In this document: positions 39,191 to 52,230 of the stretch, piece by piece
Layout: every line of letters begins with the position of its first letter
How positions within the stretch are numbered: the stretch's first letter is position 1
Source of the DNA: Cenococcum geophilum
Lineage: Eukaryota
Assembly: GCA_050273025.1 (NCBI GenBank)
Contig: CP158635.1
Location: forward strand, 26,660,001-26,724,000
Reading direction: 5' to 3'
DNA length: 64,000 nt
The notes under the pieces: generated by a model
Database searches by the model: none
Told to the model about the DNA's origin: nothing
What the model saw: only the letters and a program-made list of their open reading frames with translations
Made by a program: the position numbers and the translations under genes

Positions 39191-42100
39191 TTATATATAA
39201 CGCTCACACCTTTTACAACAAAGTATATAAGGGTAATTAGGGTTAGATAGATAACTGCTATCCTTAATATAATATATAAACTCGGCTTTATAACTAATAT
39301 TATAACAGGTCCTAGTCGTGCAGAGGGTATTAAGACAGTTATTAATGTTTTTACTTTTGCGCTCAGCCGCGACATACCTTACCTCGGCGGATTAAAGTAG
39401 TAATTCTATTTATTATAGCTAAGATTAGACAGCTTAAAGTTTTAGCATAAAATTTTCCTCTATATCCTTAGATGCGGTAATCGCTGTCCGTATAATACTA
39501 ATAGCAAAATTGCTTATAACGTCTAGCTCTACGAAGTCCCTAAGTTTAACAAGCTCTTTAATATACTTAGCCGCTATTAAGGTAATTATATTATATAATG
39601 CTAAGTCGCCTATTACATCAGGATTTTTTTTATGGCAGGTTGTTGCGGTTTGCCGCAAATTGCCGTAAACTGTACGATCGCGGCGGTCGTATATGGTTGT
39701 TAGCGATTTGTATAAACCGCGCATTTCGCAATAAGTTTATAGCGTCTACTAGCAAATTGTAGTAAAATGCTTAACTACTAAACTAATGCTAGCATTTTGC
39801 TACCCTATAATTATATAGCGCGCAAACTATATAAACTATATAAACTATACAAACTATACGAACTGTATAAACTGTATAAACTGTATAAACTATACAAACT
39901 GTATAAACTATACAAATTGTAACTATATAAATTATTATTATATTATATAGTAACTAAATTATTACATATTTCCATAGATTGCTATAATATACTTTTAAAT
40001 ATATTTATATTATAGCTATATAAAATATAAAGCTATCTACCTACCTATCTACCTGCCTGCCTACCTACCTACCTACTTACCTACCTATCTACCTACCTGT
40101 CTGTCTGTCTGTCTATCTGTCTATCTATCTATACCTACCTATTTATACCTACCTATCTATACCTATTTGTCTATACCTACCTATCTATACCTACCTATCT
40201 ATGCCTACCTATCTATGCCTATCTATCTATACCTACCTGTCTATGCCTACCTATCTATGCCTACCTACCTATCTATACCTACCTACCTATGCCTACCTAT
40301 TTATATTACCTTAATTTAATCGATTAATCGAATCGTTTATAGTATTCGCTGGCTAGTTATTTAAACGGTTATTATATGGCTCTAGCGACGGTTGCCTAGC
40401 TCTGGCGACGGTTATCTAGCTCTAGCGACGGTTATCTAGCTCTAGCTCCAGCCGTCTAGCGATAATAACGGTCGTTTAGCTCTGGCCGATTATCTAATAA
40501 TAGCAACGGTCGTCTAGCTCTAACGACAGTCATCTAGCTATAGCGACGGTCATCTAGCTCTGGCTCCGGCCGTCTGGCTTTAGCAACGGTTATCTAGCTC
40601 TGGCGACGGTTATCTAGCTCTAGCGACGGTCGTCTGGCTCTAGCGACGGTCATCTAGCTCTGGCGATGGCCGTCTGGCGATAGCGACGGTCGTCTAGCTC
40701 TGGCGACGGTCGTCTGGCGATGATGACGGTCGTCTAGCTCTAACCAGTTATCTGGCGATAGCGACGGTCGTCTAGCTCTGACGACGGTCGTCTAGCTGTG
40801 GCGACGGTTATCTAGCTCTGGCTCCGGCCATCTAGCTCTGGCGACGGTCGTCTAGCTCTGGCGACGGTCATCTGGCTCTAGCAACGGTTGTCTGGCAATA
40901 ACAACAGTCGTCTAGCTCTAACGACGGTTATCTGGCTCTGGCGACGGTCGTCTAGCTCTAATAACGGTCGTCTAGCTCTAATAACGGTCGTCTAGCTCTA
41001 ACGACGGTCGTCTAGCTCTAGAGACGGTCATCTGGCTCTGGCTCCGGCTGTCTGGCTCTAGCAACGGTCGTCTAGCTCTAGCAACGGTCGTCTAGCGATG
41101 GCGACGGTCGTCCGCCGGCCGTCGTTCCGGTGTCTCCTTAGGTAGGGAGGATGTAAGGAAAGAAGGGTAAAAAATAAGGTGGCTACCTAGGTGTATATAG
41201 GGGGTATACTTAGCAGAGGCATGTATAGAGGCTATTAGGAATATAGCGGGGACCTAATAGTAATATGTCGCACGCATATATAAAGGCTTTGTGTATAGCT
41301 TTGTGTAGAGCCTCTATACGTAGAGCTTCGCGTAGAGCCTTATATAGAGCCTTATGCAGAGCCTCTATATATAGAGCTTTGTATAGAGCTTTATAAAGCT
41401 TTATATAGAGCTTCGTATAAAGCTTTGTACAGAGCCTTATATAGAGCCTCTATATATAGAGCTTTATATAGAGCCTTATGTAGAGCCTTATATAAAGCTT
41501 CGTATAGAGCTTTATATAGAGCTTTATACAGAGCTTTATGTAAAGCTTCGTGCAGAGCTTTGTATAGAGCTTTATATAGAGCTTTGTACAGAGCTTTATA
41601 TAGAGCTTTATATAGAGCTTCGTATAGAGTCTTATACAGAGCCTTTATACATAAAGCTTTATATAGAGCCTTGTGTAAAGCCTTGTACAAAGCTTCGTAT
41701 AGAGCTTCGTATAGAGTTTTATATAGAGCTTCGTATAAAGCTTTATACAGAGCTTCGTGTAAAGCCTTATATAGAGCCTCTATACGCAGAGCTTTATATA
41801 GAGTCTTGTGTAGAGCCTTATATAAAGCTTTATGTAAAGCTTTACACAGAGCTTTGTATAGAGCTTTGTATAGAGCTTTGCGTAAAGCCTTATATAGAGC
41901 CTCTATACGCAGAGCTTCGTATAGAGCCTTATATAGAGCCTTATATAAAGCTTCGTATAGAGCTTTATATAGAGCTTTATATAGAGCTTTATACAGAGCT
42001 TTGTGTAGAGCTTTGTGTAGGGCTTTGTATAGAGCCTCGTGCAGAGCCTTTATACGTAGAGCTTTATATAAAGCCTTATATAGAGCCTCGTGCAAAGCTT

Positions 42101-43011
42101 TATATAGAGCTTCGTATAGAGCTTTATATAGAGCTTCGTATAGAGCTTCGTGTAGAGCTTCGTGTAGAGCTTTATATAGAGCCTTATGCAGAGCCTTTAT
42201 ACGTAGAGCTTTGTGTAAAGCCCCGTGCAGAGCTTTATACAGAGCTTTTATAGTATTTTTGTTGCAGCTAAAAATTAGGGTTTAGCAATTTACGGCGATT
42301 TACACGAGTAGCCTGTGTGTTTATAGTAAATCGCTACAAATCGCCGCAAATTGCCAAAATTGCGACTTACGCAGGTTTTGCAGACCCCGATTTTCGCTTG
42401 CGACAACGTGCCCAAAATTTTTTTTCCTGACGTAGGCTAAAGACATCCTTAATAATATTAGGAAACCCATCTATAGACTAGCTGGTTCCTAGAATATATT
42501 AGATTTTTATATTTATAAGCTCTTTTAGCTATAGTATATTATAGTAATCGGTAATTATATTAATATAGACGTGACGAAGTATAATATAGGCCGTCGTCAG
42601 CCGTATTATTATGTCTTTATTATCGCCACCGCTATTATCTAGTTTAGATAGCAATAAGGCATCGGCGTTGTCGATATTAGATCCTTGCTCCTCCTTGCCA
42701 TTCTTATAGTCCCTCTTATACATAAATTAGATTATCCTCTTAACGGTGCCGGAATCGAACTCGTTAATATTTATAATATTAGTCGCCGCCTCCTACCCGT
42801 TAGTTAGTTAGTTAGGGTTAATTCTACTAGATATTTAGTTAGCTTTTACCTAAAAGCCTCCATTATAGGTAGCTGTAAGTATAGAAGATTGGGTGCATAT
42901 AATCGCTTTATAGACTTTAAACTCCAGCCCCTGGTATATAAGTTTTAAGTTGCTATATTTCTCGCTATCTATAAGCTGCGCTAAGCTAAATAGAATACTC
43001 TTAGATAGCAT
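39191..43011 (-). pseudogene. BTB/POZ-domain protein (cargo), RIPed and split by TIR element copy 3
   Basis: De-RIPed SEKYSDLKLVCQGLEFKVHKAIVCTQSS.LAAAC.GGFQ, intron, EAATNIINIDEFDSGTVKRMIQFMY, then HVYVN.IADYY, and a Cys-rich C-terminus. ORFs 42529-42723 and 39434-39724 (part) are fragments. Confidence 0.85.
39616..42432 (+). mobile_element. TIR element with tandem arrays (copy 3, most RIPed), TA TSD
   Basis: CATCAGGATTTTTTTT...TTTTTCCTGACG with TA flanks; same module order as copy 1: CTAC microsatellite, 20-mer array (~40370-41110), core, 12-mer array (~41285-42250). Confidence 0.9.
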
Positions 43012-43574
43012 ATTTCTCTAGTTTTAACTGCGTCTCGAGCAATATTTAAGGGAGTGATTTAGTATTAAACAGGACGATTAAGAATAAGAACTCTACTTTA
43101 TTAAACGTAGCTCTAGAGCCTCTATATATACATTAAGAAGTCATTATTAGCTTTATCTAATCTACGATAGATTTAGCTAGTTAGTTAGAGCTTTAAACGT
43201 TAGTCGCTTAACTAAGAACTAGTATAACTTCTAAAGTTCTAAAAAGGGTAAGTAGTGGGGTATGCGGCCGCAGCGCCTAAAAGTAGTTAGTGATTATATA
43301 ATAGAGGCTTAGTTAAAGGACGTATTCCTATAGCTTAGGTTAAGGCTCTACACTCCTCTAAGCTATATTAAGTAAAGTTAAATAGTATTATATTTCTGCG
43401 TACCAGCCCGCTAATTTTACTATTCTACTTTTTCCCTAGCTATATACTAATATATCCTATATACCGGCCTATCTTTTATATATACCCCTATACTAACCTA
43501 ATAATATTATAAGTGCCTGCTCTAACGCATATACAGTAAGGATCTTAACGGATTTAGCGGCTGTGGCTTCGGTC

Positions 43575-44175
43575 CTATAAGCTAGGAGGTTATAGGAGCT
43601 AGGGGCTTATAGGAGCTAGGGGCTTATAGGAGCTAGGGGCTTATAAAAGCTAGGGGATCCTACAAGCTAGGTAATTATGCGAGTAAAGTGGTTTAACCTA
43701 GCGCCCTTTAATTAATGCCTAGCGTATAAATAGGGTATTAATAGGTTTAATAACTTCGGCTTTAATCGTGCGAGCTAGATACTTATAGGAGCTAGCTAAT
43801 CCTACGAGCTAGGTAATCGTGCGAGTATAGTACTTGTAGGAGCTGGGTAATCCTATAAGCTAGGTAATTATACAAGCTAGGCGATCGTGTAAACTAAGTA
43901 ATTATACGAGCTAGATGCTTATAGGAGCTAGCCGATCCTATAAGCTAGGTGATTATACAAGCTAGGTAACTATGCGAGTATAGTGCTTATAGGAGCTAGG
44001 TAATCCTACGAGCTAGGTAATTGTGCGAGCTGGGCGATTATACGAACTGGGTAATTGTGCGAGCTAGGTAATTGTGCGAGTTGGGTAATTATACAAGCTA
44101 GGTAATTGTATAAGCTAGGCGATTATATAAGTAGAGTAATTGTGTAAGTAAAGTGATTATATAAGTAGGGTAATC
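43575..44175. repeat. 17-bp minisatellite (aggagctaggggcttat / cgagctaggtaattgtg variants)
   Basis: Directly visible in two blocks, each followed by aacctagcgcccttt...gcctagYRtataaatagg. Confidence 0.85.
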
Positions 44176-44540
44176 TAACCTAGCGCCCTTTATTAACGCC
44201 TAGTATATAAATAGGAAGCAAATATTAGGAAAATACTAGAACTATAAAAAAAAGAAATATATAAGTCCCAGATTTAAAAATATTAAAGAAGTTCCTATAT
44301 AAAGACTCCTTATATATACTTAGAGAAGTTTCTATATAAACAGCCCTATAAGCGTAGCTATAAGTCTAACCCCTCTTACGTAACCCAACTACCCCTCCCT
44401 ACTACACCGGAATAGATAAACAACCGCTATATACTATAAGTAGAGAAATAATTTAAATAAAAAGAAAACACTATAAAAAACATATTTATATCCTTAAGAT
44501 ATAAATCTATAAGTACCGTAGTCTTAAACACAACTAATAG

Positions 44541-45551
44541 TTACTAAGGTGGCATGCGTCCCAGGTCTATAAGAAATTCAAAAAATCCTAAGTCGTTAAC
44601 ATAGATTTTCCTTCTATTATTACTTTTAAGGTAGTAAATAAATTCATTTAAGTAAAAGTATAGATTATTGCGAATGCTTTATAGCTCGCTATAAGTTAAG
44701 CAGGCAGAGACTTTGGTAGGAATAGTAAAATATTATTTTGTTTCGCGATAGGCTAAACGAAAAGTGGCTAAAGTTTTAACCCTTTTACCAGCTTTTATTA
44801 GAAATCTTCTTTACATTTATACCCTATATTTATAGATTTAAGACTATAAAGCCAAGGCCACTATATCTAACCGTCGCCTATATAGCCTCGTTACTTAACA
44901 TCTCTTTATTGCTATTTACCCCTATTTCTTAATCTTTAGTACTAAAACCATTTTCTCCGTTATATAATGTCTCTGCATCCTATTCTTAATCTTTATTACT
45001 AAAGTTACTTTCCTAACTAGCTAACGCCTCTACGTTGCCATTATCTCTAAAGTCGGTTTCTTTATCTATAAACGCCTACTTACTAGCTGATAATTTAGGG
45101 ACGCTGCGCTTATAGGTACTTAGGGTTATAGATACCACTTAAGGAAAAATCGTGGTCGATATTATTAGGATATAGAATAAGCCTATAGACCTCTAAGTAC
45201 CGGCTGCTTAGCGCTTTAAGTAAAAGATCTCCCCTAATATAAGGCAGATTAATAGAAGTTAATTACCACCTATATAAGGCGGAGCGCTTATAAAGGGCTT
45301 AGCTAGAATAGCAATTAAACTACCCTAAAGGCACTAACAGCTCCTTTACTATAGATGGGGGGTCAATATACAAGATTAACTGGCTAGGATAAGTCTACTA
45401 CTTAGGTAGTGTCTTGCCCTAGGAAGGATAGGCGTCGGAAGTAGATTATATAATGCTATTCCTACTAAGAGAGGCGTTATTAGGGGTCATTGTTAACTTC
45501 TAATTCTAGTTTATAACTTTATGCGAACGCTTCTAAACCCTACTAAGGCAT
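44541..45551 (-). pseudogene. Unknown cargo gene, RIPed
   Basis: The minus frame reads as plausible protein once TAA/TAG are reverted (ending FFEFLIDLGRMPP); family not recognised and start uncertain. Confidence 0.35.
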
Positions 45552-45798
45552 GCGGCGTCCGTTAGGGATTGTTAGCTATTTAAGTTTAGCAGCAGCTTAG
45601 CTAATAGCTACCCCTAATAATGCCTTACTTATAGATCACTCTAGGCACCTATAGTCTCGGGCGCAGACAATATATAAGCTGAGAGTAATTACAGCCACTA
45701 AATATTGTATTATAGACACCACATAAAGTGGAAAAGGGCGGCTAGTATACTCCGCCTTTCCCTTCTACCTTCTATCCTAACTCTGCCCTAGAAGAGAA

Positions 45799-46911
45799 AT
45801 GGAATATAAACGTCGTGCTCCTGGTTTTTATATGCCATTAATTTGACTTACCTTTAAATTTGACCTCTTGACTATATATCCCTTAACATCCCTATAAGAA
45901 TACTAGACATTATATATATTACCTTAACTAAGCTTAGATACGTTGCTAACATAACCTATAGGTCCTTAATCGGTACTTATAAAAACATTATAATATGCTA
46001 TCGCCCCGAAGATAATATACCTATTTATTAACTTGCTAGAAACCTTAAATTATCCTAAAATCGCATTAACAATAAAGATATAGCATCTGCTAGCAGGGAG
46101 AAGAAATAATTATAGCTTTCTAACCCTATGTAGAAACAGATGCCTTATACGCCTACTTAAATACCTAATAAGGTTAACTCTTATAAAATCGATAATAATA
46201 CGGAGGGTGATATATAAGAGGATACGGAAATATATGCTAATTACCTTAAGAGCCTAGAAGGCCGTAGTGAAACTAAAATAGTCTTACCTAAGCTAATAGA
46301 GAGCTATGGCGAGGCTAAAACAGACTTACCTTAACCAAAAGAGGGCCATATTAAAGGTTTGCCAGTACCTCTAGGTATATTTATAAAACACCTATATATT
46401 TTTTAGCAATACTAATAGTTAAGTAGAAAATAGTTTAGCCAATTATATAAACTTCTTTAGAGATATATCTCCCCTAACTAAAGTATTAATAATTTCCGAT
46501 GCTACAATTTTAGACGGATAACTAAAGTATCTCTTATTATAGTTACCAACTTGCTATATAATAGAGGACTTAAAGCGTCTCCAAAACCCTAGATATAGAT
46601 TAGTTATATCTATATATGGTCCTATCGCAGTAGTATACTAGTATCCTACCTAGGTTTTACCCGCAGGTATACCGCATAAGAAACTTATATTATACTATAC
46701 TAAGAACCCGCGTCGTCTCCGTTATTATACTAGGATATATAAACCGCTTAAAGATATTATAATAGAGATAGCTTGGAAGGGTAAACTATATAAGTAAAGA
46801 GACCAACTAGGAAAGGCACTAGATAATTATTTAGATCTATTAAGGAGAGGGACATATAAAAGAAAGGTGGATTACACTATAGATAGAGCCTCTAAGAAGC
46901 TAAAGAAATGA
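45799..46911 (+). pseudogene. Unknown cargo gene, RIPed
   Basis: ATG GAA TAT AAA CGT start, probable intron ~46355-46426 (gtatat...ctaat...tag), ends RASKKLKK-TGA. Confidence 0.45.
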
Positions 46912-48249
46912 GAAATTTCTTATAAGAAAAGATTTTTATAATTATATTCTTGTTTTCTAGCGTTAAGAATTAAGGCGCTAATTAGGATTTCTTTAGCTCG
47001 GCATTGTTTTTCTATCTAGTTGCTTCTATATTAAGAGTATCTCGTTATCATTTACATATACATTAAATTAAAGTTAAGAACTTGCTTATAGTAAAGTCCT
47101 CCACCTTTATATACTTAGTAGCGATAAGTTAGCCGCCCTATAACTTACTTAGTCCTCCACAAAGAATTAAAGTTAAGGTGTTAAAGTCTCTAGCGTTTTT
47201 ATGGGTAACTAGGGTGCGGGTTAACTCTAAATTTCATATTAATAAGGTGGGAATGTTAAAAATAAATATAGGATATCTCTCTTAATATTGGCCTAAGTTG
47301 TAACTCTAAAAATAGGATCTTATTTTAAGAACTAGATCTAATTCTAAAGACTCTATCCTATCCCAATTCTGAGCTAAACGTACTAAATATAGCCAAAAAG
47401 GTATAGCGTTAAGCCAAGCGGTTTAACGGTCTTGGAAGAGAGGAGCTATTTTTAGTTATAGCTTAAGTTATAATTCTAGGAACGGAATCTAATTCTAAAA
47501 CCAAGATTTTAATTTAGGTTTATAAAGTAGACCAATTAACTACTATAAAAAGGGCGTAATCCTAAAAAAGGATCTAGTTCTAAGAACTGGATCTTAGTTA
47601 TAGAAAATAGGTTAATTAAGCGCTATAAAATAGGGTTGGCTATATCTATATTTAGTATATTAGGTTTAGCTCGTTTTAGGACTAGCTACGTAATTAATTA
47701 TAGGTGCTTACACGACTAACCTAATAATTAACCCGCTGTCGCCAGCTATATCTTACCTAGCGCCTTTTAGTATTACTATATTAGAGCCTTATACGTCGCG
47801 GAATAAACTAAAAGCTAATAACTATAATTACTAACAAATACTGCCTATAACTTTCTAATAATACTAGAACCCTATATGCGTATTATATTTTTAACCTATA
47901 TAACTAGGACTATAAACAATATTCCTATACTTTAGGTTATTATGGCTTAGTATTTAACTAAGCCCTATAAAGCCTTAGTCTAAGCCACGTTAGATTAGCT
48001 TAACTTTTCCGCGCCTAACCTTTAAATCCTCCTCGCATTCCGCTCGTACCTTACTTCCTCTCTTACACTTTTCTCTCTCGCTATTCCCTTATTTTAAGAC
48101 GTACCCGACATGTATTTAACCTCCCTACACTTATTTACTTTTCTACTATTATACTATCCTTATATACTAGTCTCTTTAATCCCCCCCCGCCTACCTACCT
48201 GCCTACTACGTTAGCCCTCCTAATATAGCTTTTAGCGCGCCCGCCCGTA

Positions 48250-50632
48250 ATAGCGAATCTCTTTAGATTAAAAACAAAGCCTATTGGGGAAGGGCTGAAT
48301 AACTTTTATAATTTATTTAACTTAACTTATTAGGATCTGGGCATCCCTAGCTCTTTAAACTTATTATACTAAATAGGTAATAAAGGTAACTATTAATAGA
48401 CCTATTATAAGTTTTTATCTAACGCCTATAGGACTAAAGGATATTTTGCTTAATCTAATACTTGCTCTATAAAGCCTTCCTACTTTTTATTTATTGCCGT
48501 CCAATAGCGGCAATAAAAACCTCCTTAGTGATTTATTAAGACTTAATTTAGTAGTTAATTCTGATAACTTCGACGTTAAATAGTTCCTGCCTCTTCTAAA
48601 TGCGATCCTCCGGATTAAATCTAATAAAGTCATTTAGGAAAAGGTATACGCTACTATTACGGAGTCCACGCCTTCCCCCTAACCGCTACTATTCTACGTT
48701 TAAACCCTACATCTACGTAATATAAGCAGCTTCGCTAACTCGTCCAAATATAGAAAATACGTGGATAATGTTTTAAAGGAGGAGCTAGGCCCTCTTTACG
48801 TGGGGATTCCTGGCTTATATAAAGTATTCTTTAGAGGAGTGGAAGGTCTTAAAGAGGTAAGCGCCGCCGTTTTTAAGAAATGCAAGGAAGGGGATAATCC
48901 ACTATACGCCGATAAGGGCGGCTAGCGTAACTAGCCTAAAAGTGTAGAGCAAGATAATATCCTAGAGTAGTTTAATAACCTAATTAAATTATTTTTAGGC
49001 TTTGCAGAGGAGTACGGGTCCGCCCTAAAGATATGACGAAAGCTTGTCGCATATACTAAGCAGCCCTTATAAGGGTCTACGGCGAAGCGAAAGCTAAATA
49101 TTAGTTTTATGGATAATCTAATAGCCAGCGAAAGCTCTTAATGCTATTAGTTATATATACTTATACTAGGAGAGCTAAAGAGTAATCTAAACACCGATAT
49201 AGCCTTATAGGCATGGTTTGCTTTAGGGAAATATATAAGGGAAGTCTTCGCCGCTTAGGACAATCGTTGCTTTATCCTAGGTTTTACCCTCTATAGATTT
49301 ATTATACGGCTATGGGAATATAACCAGGTAGAAGGCATCGTATTATTACTATTCGATATTAATAAAGACGGACTATAATTTACCTCGGCGATATTAGGGT
49401 TTCTCTTAATAAATAAAGAGTAGCTCGGGTTTAACCCTACTATTTTAATATTAGACGGTAAACGATATATTAAGGTCGTGCGCAACAATCAGACTAAGCG
49501 TCTTATCCTTAACGAACTTATAAAGCGGGCACCCTGCATTACTAGTTAAGCGACAACTTACTAGAAAATACACCGTAAGGGTAACACCTCTAAGATACCT
49601 CTTATTATTAAAGACTTATGGCAGTACCTAGAGCGTAAGGAAGAAGGTAAACTGCTGCATAAGGCAGCGGAGAAAGGAGTAATTAACGTGGCTAGGTACT
49701 ATTACTATGGGACTGTTTGTATAAGTGGACAAGATAATAATATCTTTAATATCCGTAAGGGGCTGGATATTACTAAAGCGACAAACTATAAGCCTAAAAG
49801 CTTAATGGTACCTCTAAGCGTAGCTAGAGTGCAAGGCAGTGTAAGGAAAGGCTAAAGTACTAGCAGAAAAAGGTCGTCCAGCTATATTAACGCCCTATTA
49901 CCGCCTAATAAGCGCCCGTGTTCGAGCTCTCTAATTAAACGCCCTATTATATAGAATTGGGTATATTAATATATCATTACTTACGACTATAGAAAGGCTC
50001 TTTATAAGGCAAGCTCTCCGACTGCAATACTTACTGCGCTAAAGGGTAGCATTAAAGGATATAAGTCTTTATATACGTAGGCTGGCATCTTCTAACGTAA
50101 TATTTTAATAGGCAACCTCTTAATAAACGAGGAAGACGACAATCCCTCCTAGAAGTCATTCTTAATTAATCTTAATCTCGTAATTAAAGAGAAGTAAGAA
50201 GGACCTTTAGGAGCACGGGGTAAGACCGGTATAAGAGTGTTTATAGCTATAGGAGTGCTTCTAGGCAAAAAATACTCCTTTAGGTATGATTTGGAGTTGT
50301 TCTTTTAGGTGCTTTTTTAGATATATATTTATTATAAGGGTCTAAATAAGGAGCGCAAGCCTATCCTAAGGTTTAAGAAGTGGAATTATATGGACACTAA
50401 AGAGCTAGCTAAGTTAAAAAAAGGAGAGGTAGCTTATAAAGGTGATTTTATTAAAACAGCGGAGGAGTACTTTACGCCGTACTATTAGTTATTAGTCCCC
50501 TGGGTTAATAGGCTCCGGAAAATAGTATTTCTAAATAGTAGGAGGTAGGAGAAGGATAATCTAGAGCTATATTCTAGGATAAAGAAAATACTCTAGCAAG
50601 TATAGAAGGATCTAAAGGTATTAGCAGAGTAG
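48250..50632 (+). pseudogene. Fungal FunK1 (Pkinase_fungal / Sgk2-like) protein kinase, RIP-inactivated
   Basis: De-RIPed KPIGEGL, VLKEELGPLYVGIPG, GELKSN, FVLGFTLCG..MRLWEYD, QLGFDPT, IKDSWQYPER.EEG, QRDISIGNLL, FLIDLDL, KTGTRAFMAIGVLLG, HDLESFFWVLFW, LVPWVNRLRK.VFP; one early intron. Confidence 0.92.
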
Positions 50633-50904
50633 ATAGAATAATATTTTATTATCTTATACTCTTCTACAGCACGACTAAAGATTTGGGCGGCTAAGGCTAG
50701 GTAGTAGCCTTAGTTAAAACGCATATAAAATAGCGTAGGGTAGGCTAAATAAACCCGGAAAAGCGGATAACCTAATCTTCTGCCAGATTATCAGGTCCCT
50801 ACACCCTACTATCCTATATAGGCTTTATTTTTCTATAAAATACGCAATCCACTTACTAGCCTATTAGAAGCCGCCTTATACTGCCTAAATAGAGGCTATA
50901 GGAG

Positions 50905-51350
50905 AATTAATCCCCTACTCTAACCAATCCCCTACTTAAATAAGTCCCCTACTTAAACAAATCCCCTACGGAAGCTAATGCCTACGTATTTTGCCGCCCT
51001 ATAGGAACTAGTCCCCTACTCTAATAAATCCCCTATAGAATCTAGTCCCCTACTCTAACAAATCCCCTACGCTAATAAATCCCCTATAGGAGCTAATCCC
51101 CTTCTTTAATAAATCCCCTATACTAACAAATCCCCTATAGGAGCTAGTCTCCTACTCTAACGAATCCCCTACGCTAACAAATCCCCTACGCTAACGAATC
51201 CCCTACGCTAACGAATCCCCTATAGGTGTTAATGCCCACGTATTTTACCGCCCTATAGGAACTAATCCCCTACGGCTTATATTCCTATATAGCTTTTAGT
51301 CCCCTATAGGAGCCTATAGCTACGTTTTCCTCTCCCCTATAGGAACTAAT
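50905..51350. repeat. 17-bp minisatellite (aatcccctacgctaacg variants)
   Basis: Directly visible. Confidence 0.85.
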
Positions 51351-51511
51351 GCCTTATAGCTTCCGTTCTCCTATTTTTAGATCTATAAGTAATTCGCCCG
51401 CGCTCTAGCCTACTATATAGGCTTTATTATTACAGAAGCAAAATTAATAAAGAGATATCCTCCTTATAAAGGTAGCTCCTATATTAGCTAAGTAAAACTT
51501 AAAGACAACAT

Positions 51512-52230
51512 CTACCCGGCTAAGTCTTTGTCCTTACAACGCTGTAGCTTACGCTTTACCCGTTCTATAGCTTCCTCTCCGTTTTCTATCCTTTTAACTA
51601 TATTTAATAGTACTTTACCTAGCTTCTGCGACCTATTTAAAAGAAAAATCCTAAGTAGGGTAAACCGTCTCCTATATAGGGGGGAAGTGCTTAAAGTAGG
51701 GCGGAAATTAATTATGTCTAAGACCTATAAAACTGTTAATATATAAAAAGCCACATTATTTATAATATTTACCTTAACTTGCTTAAGTTGGTCATTAAAG
51801 GAGACCCATTTAAAGAATTTTTAAAAAGATAAAGTATTTTTTATCTAAAGCCAATTATTCCTATCCTCTACCTTACATTCTACCTATTTAATCATTTCTA
51901 GCCCACCTTTTATAAGTACGAAATCACCTAAGAATACCATGCGTTTAACCACTAAACTATTAAAATTAAATATCCCTAAAAAGATACGTTCGCCGTAATA
52001 TAGGTACGAGCTATTTTACTAGCACTACCGTATATAGCAGAGGGCAAAAATATCTTTAACCTATAGAACTACTAAACTAATATAACTAAAGGGTAAGTGG
52101 TATCTTTTACCTTAATACCGTTATAATCTGTACTAGGTTTATAAAAGCCCTATAGGAAATCTTAAGGAGAAACAGGAGGACAATTTAGTCTAAAAATTAA
52201 ATCGTCCTTTGTAATTTCCGGCAGCTTCAT
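51512..52230 (-). pseudogene. Unknown cargo gene, RIPed
   Basis: Starts MKLPEITKDDLIFRLNCPP, one probable intron, ends RVKRKLQRCKDKDLAG-stop; family not recognised. Confidence 0.5.
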
